Source: a virus
Taxonomy: Duplodnaviria; Caudoviricetes
Strand: one strand, 5' to 3'
Length of the DNA: 54,723 bases
IMG/VR virus record: IMGVR_UViG_3300037423_001046
Span: 1-54,723 of that record
Below, one piece after another: positions 25,137-33,647 of the stretch. How positions within the stretch are numbered: position 1 is the stretch's first letter; every line of letters begins with the position of its first letter. Under the pieces are notes generated by a model. It saw only the letters and a program-made list of their open reading frames with translations. It had not been told where the DNA came from and did not search any database. The translations under genes and the position numbers were made by a program.

Positions 25137-25301
25137 ATGCCGAATCAGCCCGCGACCCCGAACCGGGCCATCCGAGTCCCGGACGATCTGTGGTGGGCGG
25201 CGCAACGCGTCGCGAAAGACCGGGGCGAGACTGTGAGCGACGTCGTCCGGCGAGCACTCGAGCGCTACGTCCGGACGCACCCGCTCAACGATGACGGCTA
25301 G
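25137..25301 (+). CDS. Ribbon-helix-helix protein (54 aa, not in ORF track)
   Basis: MPNQPATPNRAIRVPDDLW.AA..VA..RGETVSDVVRRALERYV. Confidence 0.8.
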   Translation: MPNQPATPNRAIRVPDDLWWAAQRVAKDRGETVSDVVRRALERYVRTHPLNDDG

Positions 25302-26632
25302 CCGAGCTCCTTCGGTGGCCGCTCGGTGTTGAGCGCCGTCTTCCCGAACGCGAGCGACGCGGCCGCGGCCGCGGCCAGCTGGGCGTCGGGCATCAGGTGT
25401 CCGTACAGCCTGCGGGTGGTGAGGTAGTCCTCGTGTCCGAGGCGCTCTTGGATCACCTCCAGCCGGACGCCCTGGGCGATCAGCCACGAGGCGTGGGTGT
25501 GGCGGGCGTCGTGGATTCTCGGCCGGAACGTCAACCGGCCGGGGCATCCGCACGGCGGCGGCATGATCCGGTTGCCGTGCTCGTCACGGTCGGTGTGGAC
25601 GGTGCACAGCCACGGCTTCCCGGCGAAGCACCGGCAGCGCGCCGGCCGATGGTCGGGGCAGATCGACGCGCGCATCGTCGCGGGCTTCCATGCCCGGTTG
25701 AAGAAGTTGGCGTGCGTCATCGCCTTCCCGGTCGCGGTCCGGAACAGGTAGTCGTCGGGGCCCAGCTCGGCGAGCATCGGTTCGACCACGTCGACGACCT
25801 CGGCCGGCATGACGACCATGCGTCGCGACGCTCGGGACTTCGGTTGACCGATCCGGCGGCTCGCACCCTTCGGTGCTTTCTTCCACGCACGGATGATCGC
25901 GGCGCGCGGGGTCGGGATCCAGACGCCGTCGGCCCACTGCCCGGCCTTGAGGTCGATGTCGCGCTTCCGGACGGCGGTGGTCTCTCCGAACCGGGTGCCC
26001 ATGCCGAACATCCACGTGACCATCCGTTGATCGCGCTCGGTGAACTCGGCGAAGAGGATGTCGAACTCCTCGTGGGTGAGGAACTTCGGGTCTTCGGTCT
26101 CCTCCTCGCCGGAGCGGGTGACGCGCATCCGGGTGAGCGGGTTGAGGGGGATGTGCTTGCGCTGGACGGCGTAGTCCATGACGCCGAGCAGGACGGACTT
26201 CTGGTTCTTGATCGTCTTCGGTGCGCCGTCGGCCTTGTTGAGCCAGCGGCGGGCGACGTCGTCGCGCAGGTCGGGGTCGTCGACTCGGAGTGACCCGATG
26301 GCGGGGAGCCAGGATCGTTCGGCGAGGCGGACGTACTCCTCGCGGGTGGCTTCCTCGATGCCCGTGATCTGCTCGATGTATCGGGGGAGGAGCTCGCGGA
26401 TCGTGGGGACGTAGTCGTCGCTGGCGGCGTCCTCGCGGGCACGCATGGCGACGGCCTTCTCGGGGCCGATGTTGGGGTCGAGCATCCGGGCGATGAAGAC
26501 GTTGGCGGCGGCCTCGTTGGGGAACGACTCGGTCGTCTGTTTCCCGTCGACGCGGAGCCGCACCCGCCAGGACGTGACCTTGCCGCCGGCCCCGACGTAG
26601 GGGACGGCCTTCGGGGCGAGCTTGCGACCCAT
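25298..26632 (-). CDS. int: Tyrosine integrase
   Basis: GTRFGE (R), K, HDARH (HxxR), LGH..TT..Y. Confidence 0.95.
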   Translation of the reverse strand: MGRKLAPKAVPYVGAGGKVTSWRVRLRVDGKQTTESFPNEAAANVFIARMLDPNIGPEKAVAMRAREDAASDDYVPTIRELLPRYIEQITGIEEATREEYVRLAERSWLPAIGSLRVDDPDLRDDVARRWLNKADGAPKTIKNQKSVLLGVMDYAVQRKHIPLNPLTRMRVTRSGEEETEDPKFLTHEEFDILFAEFTERDQRMVTWMFGMGTRFGETTAVRKRDIDLKAGQWADGVWIPTPRAAIIRAWKKAPKGASRRIGQPKSRASRRMVVMPAEVVDVVEPMLAELGPDDYLFRTATGKAMTHANFFNRAWKPATMRASICPDHRPARCRCFAGKPWLCTVHTDRDEHGNRIMPPPCGCPGRLTFRPRIHDARHTHASWLIAQGVRLEVIQERLGHEDYLTTRRLYGHLMPDAQLAAAAAASLAFGKTALNTERPPKELG

Positions 26633-26639
26633 CAGTCGA

Positions 26640-26798
26640 TCACCCTCTCCTGTGGGTCCGCAGGTGCTGCCACAGATGGGCGAGCCCGCGGCCGATCGCG
26701 ACGGAGGCGTCTCGGATCGCGAAGATGATCGCTCCGAGGATGGCGAGGCCGATCGCCATAGCCCCGAACAGGAGGATCGGCCAGGGAAGCCAGGTCAC
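26640..26798 (-). CDS. Small membrane protein (52 aa)
   Basis: MTWLPWPILLFGAMAIGLAILGAIIFAI..; GTGA coupling. Confidence 0.55.
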   Translation of the reverse strand: MTWLPWPILLFGAMAIGLAILGAIIFAIRDASVAIGRGLAHLWQHLRTHRRG

Positions 26799-27157
26799 GG
26801 TCGCCACTCCGCGCGGTAGTCAGGATGGTTGGCGTAGGGCAGGGCGAGAAGGCGAAGGATGCCGGGCTCACTGGTGGGGGCACCGACGCCACCGTGGATG
26901 ACCATCGGAGCAGGGATTCCTTCGATGATCCGCCGCTTGGCCTCGCACTCGGCCAGCACGCGGTCCATGCTCCCGGGGATCGGGACGATGCGCGGAGCTC
27001 CGGGGGGCAGGATTCCAAGGGTCACTCCGGCGAAGTGGTCGGTCACCCAAGCCTCGTCGTCGGCGATGCGCGCCAGCAGGAACTCCGTGAGCGTCGGCTC
27101 AGGGTGCTCGCCCCAGCCGGACAGGCCGACCTCGAAGTCTGGGTTGTACTCGCTCAC
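26795..27157 (-). CDS. DUF6221 family protein
   Basis: LTEFLLARIADDE..RVLAECEAKRRII..LRLLALPYANHPDYRAEWRP. Confidence 0.8.
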   Translation of the reverse strand: MSEYNPDFEVGLSGWGEHPEPTLTEFLLARIADDEAWVTDHFAGVTLGILPPGAPRIVPIPGSMDRVLAECEAKRRIIEGIPAPMVIHGGVGAPTSEPGILRLLALPYANHPDYRAEWRP

Positions 27158-27237
27158 GGCCGCCACTCCTCGCGGTAGTCCGGATGGCTCATGGGGCCAG
27201 TATGTGCGAATCAATGTGCAACCGTCTAGAAACGACA

Positions 27238-27273
27238 CCGGCCCCTGACCTCTTTTTCGAGGTCAGGGGCCGG
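27238..27273 (-). terminator. Hairpin terminator downstream of the attP tRNA remnant
   Basis: 15-bp perfect stem CCGGCCCCTGACCTC/GAGGTCAGGGGCCGG. Confidence 0.75.
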
Positions 27274-27281
27274 ATCTTCAC

Positions 27282-27303
27282 TGGGCGAGCGACGGGACTT
27301 GAA
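27282..27303 (-). other. attP: attP common core: 3' end of a host tRNA (likely tRNA-His)
   Basis: Minus strand TTCAAGT-CCCGT-CGCTCGC-C-CA = T-loop, T-stem, acceptor strand and C73 discriminator; near the integrase. Confidence 0.75.
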
Positions 27304-27568
27304 TCCGTGCTACTCCACGAGGGCGGATGGCGTTACTGCAGGTCAGACGCATGTTTGATGGTGTCACGTAACAGAACGTAAGGGGACGTTAGGGCGGATA
27401 GGTGCAAACGTGCACATTCATCACGTACCGTATGAGGTATCAGAAGGTCCCCAGACGGCTCCTGAGGTCATGACAGGGGCAGTCGGACCGCCGAACGGTG
27501 TGGCGGAAAAGTAAAGACACATGCATCATGGCCTCACACCACCACCACAGAGAGCAGGGGTAGCAACG

Positions 27569-28294
27569 ATGAACCGAGTGATCGCCGCCGTAGCGGCCGT
27601 CCTGATGATGATGCTCGCGGCGCCGGCCGGAGCCGTCACAATCAGCCCGACACCCGACGGAACCCACTTCGACGCGAGCGACGCAGTCGGGCCCGGCGAC
27701 GGTCATGACGACGCACGGGTGAACACGGTCGACATCAGCGACTCGTCCGGACGTGTCACCGGCTGCCTGCTCCTCCCCACGAGCTGCGATCTGGACGCTC
27801 TGACCATCGGCCGCTCGTACAACGCCGTTGTCGTCGACTCGGGTCACGGCTACTGGGACTGTGGCGTCGACGATCAGGACATCGACTGCAGTTGGACCTA
27901 CCCCTTCCGCTCGATGAAGGAGTACGTCTTCACGTACAGCGGCACCCCGCGTCAGGCCCTCACTCGTTACTTCGCCCCCGCGACGGTGAAGATCGCACGG
28001 GCCAAGGCGCACCGAGCTCACCGGTGGGCGGTCACCTGCACAGCGACCCGATCGGGAGAGGCAGCCGCAGGTGCACGGATCGGGATTGAGTGGCGCACCA
28101 AGACACAGCCCAGATGGCACGCCCTCCGCAAGATGAACTGGATGCCGAAGGTGTACCGGGCGAACTCGGGGGGACGGGTGCACGCCGTCATCCCGTGGGA
28201 GAGAGCTCGCCGCGGCTCGGTGCGGTGCGTCAGCCACGCCGACTGGCACACCAAGAGCGCCGTCTCACGACCGGTCAAGGTCCATCGACGCTGA
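27569..28294 (+). CDS. Secreted protein (moron) with signal peptide
   Basis: MNRVIAAVAAVLMMMLAAPAGA signal; Cys pairs; acidic N-half and basic C-half. Confidence 0.75.
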   Translation: MNRVIAAVAAVLMMMLAAPAGAVTISPTPDGTHFDASDAVGPGDGHDDARVNTVDISDSSGRVTGCLLLPTSCDLDALTIGRSYNAVVVDSGHGYWDCGVDDQDIDCSWTYPFRSMKEYVFTYSGTPRQALTRYFAPATVKIARAKAHRAHRWAVTCTATRSGEAAAGARIGIEWRTKTQPRWHALRKMNWMPKVYRANSGGRVHAVIPWERARRGSVRCVSHADWHTKSAVSRPVKVHRR

Positions 28295-28313
28295 GCGCTG
28301 CGAAATGCAGAAC

Positions 28314-28348
28314 GCGCCCCGCCACCTCATGGGGAGGTGGCGGGGCGC
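28314..28348. terminator. Bidirectional hairpin terminator between convergent genes
   Basis: GCGCCCCGCCACCTC/GAGGTGGCGGGGCGC. Confidence 0.75.
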
Positions 28349-28364
28349 TCTCGCGTAGATGGGG

Positions 28365-28637
28365 CTACTCCTCGGTCGGGTACTCCTCGAGCGTGATGAG
28401 GACATCCCTGCCGAGCATCGACTCGAACCACGGGAACGCGGGCCCGTTGACGGTCATCTTGAACTCGCCCGACGGGGTGGCGGACGCCCACTGCTCGTTG
28501 TCGCCCTTCTTCCGGGTGACGGCGCGCAGCGTGACCTGGCCGTAGGGGACAGGCTCGGCGAATCCGTGGGTGCCGGTGCCGGCGGCGGTGGCGTACTTGT
28601 TGATCTCGGCGACGTAGAACTTGGCCTTCACAGCCAT
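28365..28637 (-). CDS. Conserved phage hypothetical protein
   Basis: MAVKAKFYV..V.LRAV..N.QWASATPSG...MTV; RBS AAGGAG. Confidence 0.75.
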   Translation of the reverse strand: MAVKAKFYVAEINKYATAAGTGTHGFAEPVPYGQVTLRAVTRKKGDNEQWASATPSGEFKMTVNGPAFPWFESMLGRDVLITLEEYPTEE

Positions 28638-28721
28638 GACTGCTCCTTGGTGCGTGTGCGGTTGGATGGTTGGCTGCGGGCGCCCGGTCCTGGGCTCCAC
28701 CCGACCAAGATCAGTGGTGGG

Positions 28722-31517
28722 TCAGCGGTTGCGGATGATGAGCCTGATGGTGCGCTCGTCCTCGCGGCCCATGCTCGTCGTGATGTGGTTCGTCGCCTCG
28801 TACATCCTGTCGAGGGTTCCGCCCGAGAGCCACACGATCGTGCGGCCGTCGTCGACGCCGGTGTCGTCGCCCTTGACCAGACCCTCGTCGACCGTCCATG
28901 TGCTCGAGGTGATCGTCTCGCCGGCCTGCAGCCACGTCGACCAGTCCTCGCCGTAGTCGAGCTCGGCACTCGGGTCCTTCTCGTAGGAGCGCATCACGTC
29001 CCCTTCCAGGGCATCGGCGAATCGGTTCTCGGGGTAGACGACGAACGTGCGCTCGGGCGGGGGCAGGATGAGCGTCTCCGATCGGGTGGTCCACGTCGTC
29101 GAGATGGCCTTGGTGACCCGCTGCAGAGTCCGCCACGACGTCGAGATGGAGCTGGCGACCTGCCCGAGCTTGAACACGTTCCATGACGTTGCACGCGTCG
29201 CCGTGGTTCGGGCCAGGGTCCGCCAACTCGTGCTCGTCGCCTTGGTGACGCGGGCCAGCGTGTCCCACAGGGTCGACCTGGTCGCGGTGACCGTGGCGCG
29301 CACGTTCCAGCTGGTCGACCGGGACGTCGAGACCGGGGTGGTGGCCGGCGGCTCGGCGAGCACGAGCACCCAGTCGTTCTGCCCGTCAGAGTTCGCCGGC
29401 TTCCCGACCGTGGTGTACGTCGGCCCCGGGCTCGCAGGCGTGACGGCGCCGCTGTTCGGGTCAACCCACGTCGCGGTGTAGCCAGCGACCATCTTCGACT
29501 CGTCGATGTCGATGGTCGACGGGTGGCTCATGTAGATCACGGCCAGCTTCCCCGCGTCCGCACCGGACTGGATGAACGACGCTGTGACGTAGTCGTTGCT
29601 GTCGTCGCTGTAGTAGGGGCCGGCACCACCGAAGGGGATCGGATCGATGTGGGTGCCGCGACCGGCCGTCACCAACTGGCTCGAGGTGTCGGCCTTGAGG
29701 AGCCACCACTTCGGGAGCGACCGGAAGAACGCCGCGATGGCGTTGCCAGCGACGTTGTAGAACGGGTTTGACGACGCCTCAGCATAGGAGGTGGAGTCCC
29801 AGTGATACACCGAGTTGTTGCCGACCTGGAACGACTTCGCGCCCGAAGACAGCGCCCACCAGATCATCCGGCGCATCAACTGCTCGGAGGTCAGGCCCGT
29901 GGTCGCGGAGTTCAGGAAGTGCCCGTCCATCCACCCGTAGGGGATCGGAGTGAGGGTTTCGTTCTCGACCCCGGCCTTCTCGATTCCGTCATAGACGGCG
30001 TTGTAGGAGTAGAGCCAGGTGTACTCCGCATTGTCCCGCCAGAGGAGGCCCTCGCCGATGGGGTCGCCGGTGTCCAGCGTGCGCCGGGACGTGGCCTCCT
30101 GAGCCCACTGGATCGACTTGGGCTGTGTCGCGCCGCCTGCGTTGAGTGCGTTGTAGAGCGCGTTCAGACCATCGAACGCCGTGGTGCCGAAGTAGTCGTC
30201 CCCGACGATCCAGAAGACGTGCGGGTGCGTGCTCGCGGGGTACCTCGCCGCGAGCTGTTCCCCCCACGCCGTCCACTCGGCGACCGACCACGAGGCCGTG
30301 AACTCGCCAGCGTCGAGGTACTGCGACGAGATGTTGATGAACACCCGGAACCCGTGGGCTGCGGCCGAGTCGAAGAACGCGTCGCGGCGATCCCACCACT
30401 CGGCGTTCTGCGGGTCCAGCGGCGACAGGCTGTTGGTGTTCCACGGGAAGACACCGTCACCGTCGGGGCCGTTGAAACCGCCGTCGAAGTCCACGCAGTT
30501 GAACATGACGGTCTCGACGGCGTTGAACCCCTGCGAGGCGCGGAGGGCGAAGTAGGCGTCGTAGGTCGTCTGGTAAGTACCGCCCGAGGCTGGTTGCGGG
30601 TTGCGGGCGGCGTTGGGAAGGATCGCCCAGTCCTCGAGCGAGGCGACGAGCTCGGGGTCGGTGCCGCCGATCTCGGTGAACCACTCGAGGTTGGCCGGCG
30701 GGCCGTCCACGTTCCACGTCGTCGAGAGCGCCCGCGTGACCCGGGCGAGCGTGCGCCAGGACGTCGCGAGCGTCTTCGTCACTTGGATGAGCGCGCTCGC
30801 GACGTTCCACAGCGTCGACCGAGACGACGTCACCTTCGCCTTGGTGTTCCACGTCGTCGACAGAGAGGTGCCGACCGGAGTGGTGCCGCCGCCGGTGCCG
30901 ACCTGAAGGACCGGCGCCATCCATGCATGCGTGTCGGCGCCCGCAGACGACGAGAAGCCCTTCGTCCCGGTCGTGCCTGCGGCCTGGTTATCCGCAGTGG
31001 CGATGTAGACCTCGTCGTTGTCCTGCCGCTCGGTGAACGGTGCCGGCGAGGTGATGTCCTTGCTCGTGTTCTGGGTGGCGAAGATGACCAGTCCATCGCC
31101 CGTGTCCGGGACGTCGACTGCGGGTTGCGTCCACGCGGAGGTGGTGGACCCCTCGAAGATGGAGTGCGTGCCGAACGGGTAACCGGTGCCCGGGGTGTGG
31201 CCCGACCAGAGCACGGCGGCACCCGACCGCCATGCCGCACCGGTCCACGAGAACTCCCACGTTCCGGAGAGCGAGGGGTCGTCCGACCAGAAGATCCGCT
31301 CGCGGCCGGAGCCCGACCCGAAGTTCTCGTTGAGCGTCAGCGGCGACCCCTCGGCCTCATGCCACGAAGAGTCCGGTGGGGTGATCGGGGCGTCCGTCTC
31401 GATGTAGAAGACGACTCCGGCCAGGTCCCCGCTGGTCGCGCCAGCGGGGACCGTGAAGACGGCACTCTCAGCGACCTCGCCCGCAAGCGGGGTCGACGAC
31501 CGTTCGGCGACGCCCAT
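28722..31517 (-). CDS. Tail fibre-like protein with a DUF4038/apiosidase-like glycoside hydrolase domain, a collagen-binding-like domain, STTW repeats and a C-terminal adaptor domain
   Basis: YFALRASQGFN..WWDRRD..LAARY..WIVGDD..RRMIWWALSSGA..G; A.WVDP.SG..DWVLVL; EKDPSAELDY..DWS.WL..GETI.SSTW. Confidence 0.7.
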   Translation of the reverse strand: MGVAERSSTPLAGEVAESAVFTVPAGATSGDLAGVVFYIETDAPITPPDSSWHEAEGSPLTLNENFGSGSGRERIFWSDDPSLSGTWEFSWTGAAWRSGAAVLWSGHTPGTGYPFGTHSIFEGSTTSAWTQPAVDVPDTGDGLVIFATQNTSKDITSPAPFTERQDNDEVYIATADNQAAGTTGTKGFSSSAGADTHAWMAPVLQVGTGGGTTPVGTSLSTTWNTKAKVTSSRSTLWNVASALIQVTKTLATSWRTLARVTRALSTTWNVDGPPANLEWFTEIGGTDPELVASLEDWAILPNAARNPQPASGGTYQTTYDAYFALRASQGFNAVETVMFNCVDFDGGFNGPDGDGVFPWNTNSLSPLDPQNAEWWDRRDAFFDSAAAHGFRVFINISSQYLDAGEFTASWSVAEWTAWGEQLAARYPASTHPHVFWIVGDDYFGTTAFDGLNALYNALNAGGATQPKSIQWAQEATSRRTLDTGDPIGEGLLWRDNAEYTWLYSYNAVYDGIEKAGVENETLTPIPYGWMDGHFLNSATTGLTSEQLMRRMIWWALSSGAKSFQVGNNSVYHWDSTSYAEASSNPFYNVAGNAIAAFFRSLPKWWLLKADTSSQLVTAGRGTHIDPIPFGGAGPYYSDDSNDYVTASFIQSGADAGKLAVIYMSHPSTIDIDESKMVAGYTATWVDPNSGAVTPASPGPTYTTVGKPANSDGQNDWVLVLAEPPATTPVSTSRSTSWNVRATVTATRSTLWDTLARVTKATSTSWRTLARTTATRATSWNVFKLGQVASSISTSWRTLQRVTKAISTTWTTRSETLILPPPERTFVVYPENRFADALEGDVMRSYEKDPSAELDYGEDWSTWLQAGETITSSTWTVDEGLVKGDDTGVDDGRTIVWLSGGTLDRMYEATNHITTSMGREDERTIRLIIRNR

Positions 31518-31559
31518 TCCTTACTCCTCTCGCGCCGTGCGGTCAGCGGCCGTCGGCCA

Positions 31560-32102
31560 TCAGGCGCTACCGGTGTCGCCGGCGATCGCGAGGGTGACGC
31601 CGTCACCCGTCAGCGCCGACGTGTTGGCGGCGGACCGGCGGACCCAGAACGGCTTGCACTGACCTGCCGGGATGTTGCCGAGCGAGATGCCCGCACCAGC
31701 CGTGGTCGGCGCGGAGAACGTCACGCCGGCCGGGGCCGTCGTCTCGTCGGCGATGCTGAGCGCCTGCGCAGCACCGGATCCGACCGCCGATGCCGGCGTT
31801 GGGTCGGCACCGATGGAGATAGACGCGCCGCCCGCCACCTCCGAGGAGATGTACGCGACCGCGTTCTCAAGCGCGTTCGCACCGTTCGTGTTGTGGATGA
31901 ACGGGCAGCGGTAGTCGACGGCGCTCGCGGCGTTCTCGGCACCGGAGATGTCGTCGAAGATCGCGTTGAGGGTGGCGTCCGGGATCTGTGTGGTCGAGAT
32001 CTGGTCGCCCAGCGAACCGGCCGCGGTGCCCGCGGTCGTGTCGCCGGCTGCGGCCGCGACGCTGTACTTCCACTGGAGCTCGGCACTGGTGATCGCGGTC
32101 AT
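31560..32102 (-). CDS. Virion/fibre-associated protein
   Basis: SLGDQIS..FDDISG.E....DYRC.FIHN..W.RR; Ala/Thr/Gly-rich. Confidence 0.65.
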   Translation of the reverse strand: MTAITSAELQWKYSVAAAAGDTTAGTAAGSLGDQISTTQIPDATLNAIFDDISGAENAASAVDYRCPFIHNTNGANALENAVAYISSEVAGGASISIGADPTPASAVGSGAAQALSIADETTAPAGVTFSAPTTAGAGISLGNIPAGQCKPFWVRRSAANTSALTGDGVTLAIAGDTGSA

Positions 32103-32105
32103 GGG

Positions 32106-32390
32106 TCAGTCCTCCAAGTCTGCGAGAGTGACGGCACCGGTCTGGTCATCGACGACGAGACCGTGCTTGGCCCGGAACTCCTCAAGCGACGAGGCCGCGC
32201 CCAAGCCGCGGTGCTCGTCGAAGTGCTCGCGACCACGTGCGAGCGCGAGCTTCTTCGTCGGCCACCCGGACGACCGCCACCCGGGCGCATCGCCGTCGAT
32301 CGGAGCACAGCGGTCGCCCTTGACCCCGGGGCACTGGAACGTCCACGTGCCGTCGTCAGCCTTGGTGACGCACTTGTCGAGCAGGCTCAT
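32106..32390 (-). CDS. Hypothetical protein
   Basis: ORF in the late operon. Confidence 0.65.
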   Translation of the reverse strand: MSLLDKCVTKADDGTWTFQCPGVKGDRCAPIDGDAPGWRSSGWPTKKLALARGREHFDEHRGLGAASSLEEFRAKHGLVVDDQTGAVTLADLED

Positions 32391-32392
32391 GG

Positions 32393-32656
32393 TCAGACCT
32401 CCTCGGCGGCGGCGTACTCGTCGGGGATTCCCTTCGAGACGATCGAGAGGTAGGACGCGGCTCCGGCGAGCAGCGGCGAGACGAGGGAGACGCCGACGGT
32501 GATGAGCGTCGGGACGAGCTGCACCTCGCCAGCGACGACGCTGGTCACCGCAGTGGCCGAGATGCCGGTGGTGAGGGTGGCGGCGTATGCCTGGGCGGTG
32601 GTGCGCACGAAGCCGCGCTTCGCAGCGAGCTGGGTGTCAGCGGGGACGACGGACAT
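32393..32656 (-). CDS. Holin-like membrane protein
   Basis: RGFVRTTAQA, two TM segments; downstream of the endolysin. Confidence 0.7.
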   Translation of the reverse strand: MSVVPADTQLAAKRGFVRTTAQAYAATLTTGISATAVTSVVAGEVQLVPTLITVGVSLVSPLLAGAASYLSIVSKGIPDEYAAAEEV

Positions 32657-32658
32657 TG

Positions 32659-32964
32659 CTAGTTCTCCTCAGTGTCGAAGGTGGGTCGGTCGGCGTCGAT
32701 GTCGAGTAGGGCGGCGGCGGCGTTGGCGATCCGTTCACTGGCGCCCCTGAACATGTGGGGGACGAACCACTTGAGAGCGCCGCCGATCAGGACCAGGAAG
32801 ACGAGGCGGCCGGGCAGCGTGTGGAGGCGGAACAGGGTGCGGCCGCCGGCGGAGTACGTCGCCCGGTCCTCGGGCGCGCGGTCCAGCTGCCGGAGGCCGC
32901 GTGCCTCGAGCACCCCGATCGCGACGAACGGCACCACCAGCAGTGCAGCCTCGGGCGCCTTCAT
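32659..32964 (-). CDS. Membrane protein (lysis cassette)
   Basis: Two hydrophobic segments; coupled. Confidence 0.65.
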   Translation of the reverse strand: MKAPEAALLVVPFVAIGVLEARGLRQLDRAPEDRATYSAGGRTLFRLHTLPGRLVFLVLIGGALKWFVPHMFRGASERIANAAAALLDIDADRPTFDTEEN

Positions 32965-33647
32965 CGCTTCACCGACAACAGGACGTTGACGCCGCGACCC
33001 TTGTGGTCCGAGCCAGTGGAGAACGAGAACGCCGGGCCCAGCTTGCGGACCCGGACACTGCCCTCCACCACGAAGATCCAGTCGAGCGAGGACCGCACCA
33101 GCCACCGCGCCTGCGGGTGGACCTCGCGGATCTTGCCCGCACCGGCGGCGAGGTCGTTGAAGTCGCCGATCACGAACACCGTCAGGCCACGCTCGTGCAG
33201 CGTGCGGACGATGCGGGTGAGCTTGCCCCAGTGCGCGTCCCACATCGGCCGGCGCAGCTCCATGTCCGGACGCGGTCGACCGTGGAGCGTCAGCGGCACG
33301 AGGTGCGTCGAGACGACGGCGATCCGCTTCCGGACGTTGCGCCGGTCCTGATAGACGACCGTGACGATCGCGAGGTTCGGCGTGATTCCGGTGACGCCGT
33401 CGGTGCCGAGCTCGACCTTCGTCTCGACGATCTTCCACCGCTTGCTGTTGAACGCCTGCGGGCTCTCGCCCCCGTTCTTCCAGCCGTAGCTGCCGCCGAG
33501 CCCGCGGCGGATCGCCTTGCGCATCACCCGCGAGCGGACCTCGGTGAGACCGGCGATGCCGATCTTCCTGCGCCGGATGACCTCGCCGGCGTGCTCGCAC
33601 TCAGCGGGACTCATGCCCCACTCGAGGCTGACCGAGGCGATCCTCAC
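32961..33647 (-). CDS. Endonuclease/exonuclease/phosphatase (EEP) family protein
   Basis: GLTEV, STHL, GDFN, LDWIF, SDH motifs. Confidence 0.8.
   Translation of the reverse strand: MRIASVSLEWGMSPAECEHAGEVIRRRKIGIAGLTEVRSRVMRKAIRRGLGGSYGWKNGGESPQAFNSKRWKIVETKVELGTDGVTGITPNLAIVTVVYQDRRNVRKRIAVVSTHLVPLTLHGRPRPDMELRRPMWDAHWGKLTRIVRTLHERGLTVFVIGDFNDLAAGAGKIREVHPQARWLVRSSLDWIFVVEGSVRVRKLGPAFSFSTGSDHKGRGVNVLLSVKR

Noticed and set aside
27282-27350. Complete tRNA gene
   Set aside because: Only the T-loop to 3' end is present, with no D or anticodon arm; interpreted as the attP core.
29802-32453. 883-aa plus-strand ORF
   Set aside because: Antisense shadow of the fibre genes in high-GC DNA; Arg/Gly-rich with no motifs.
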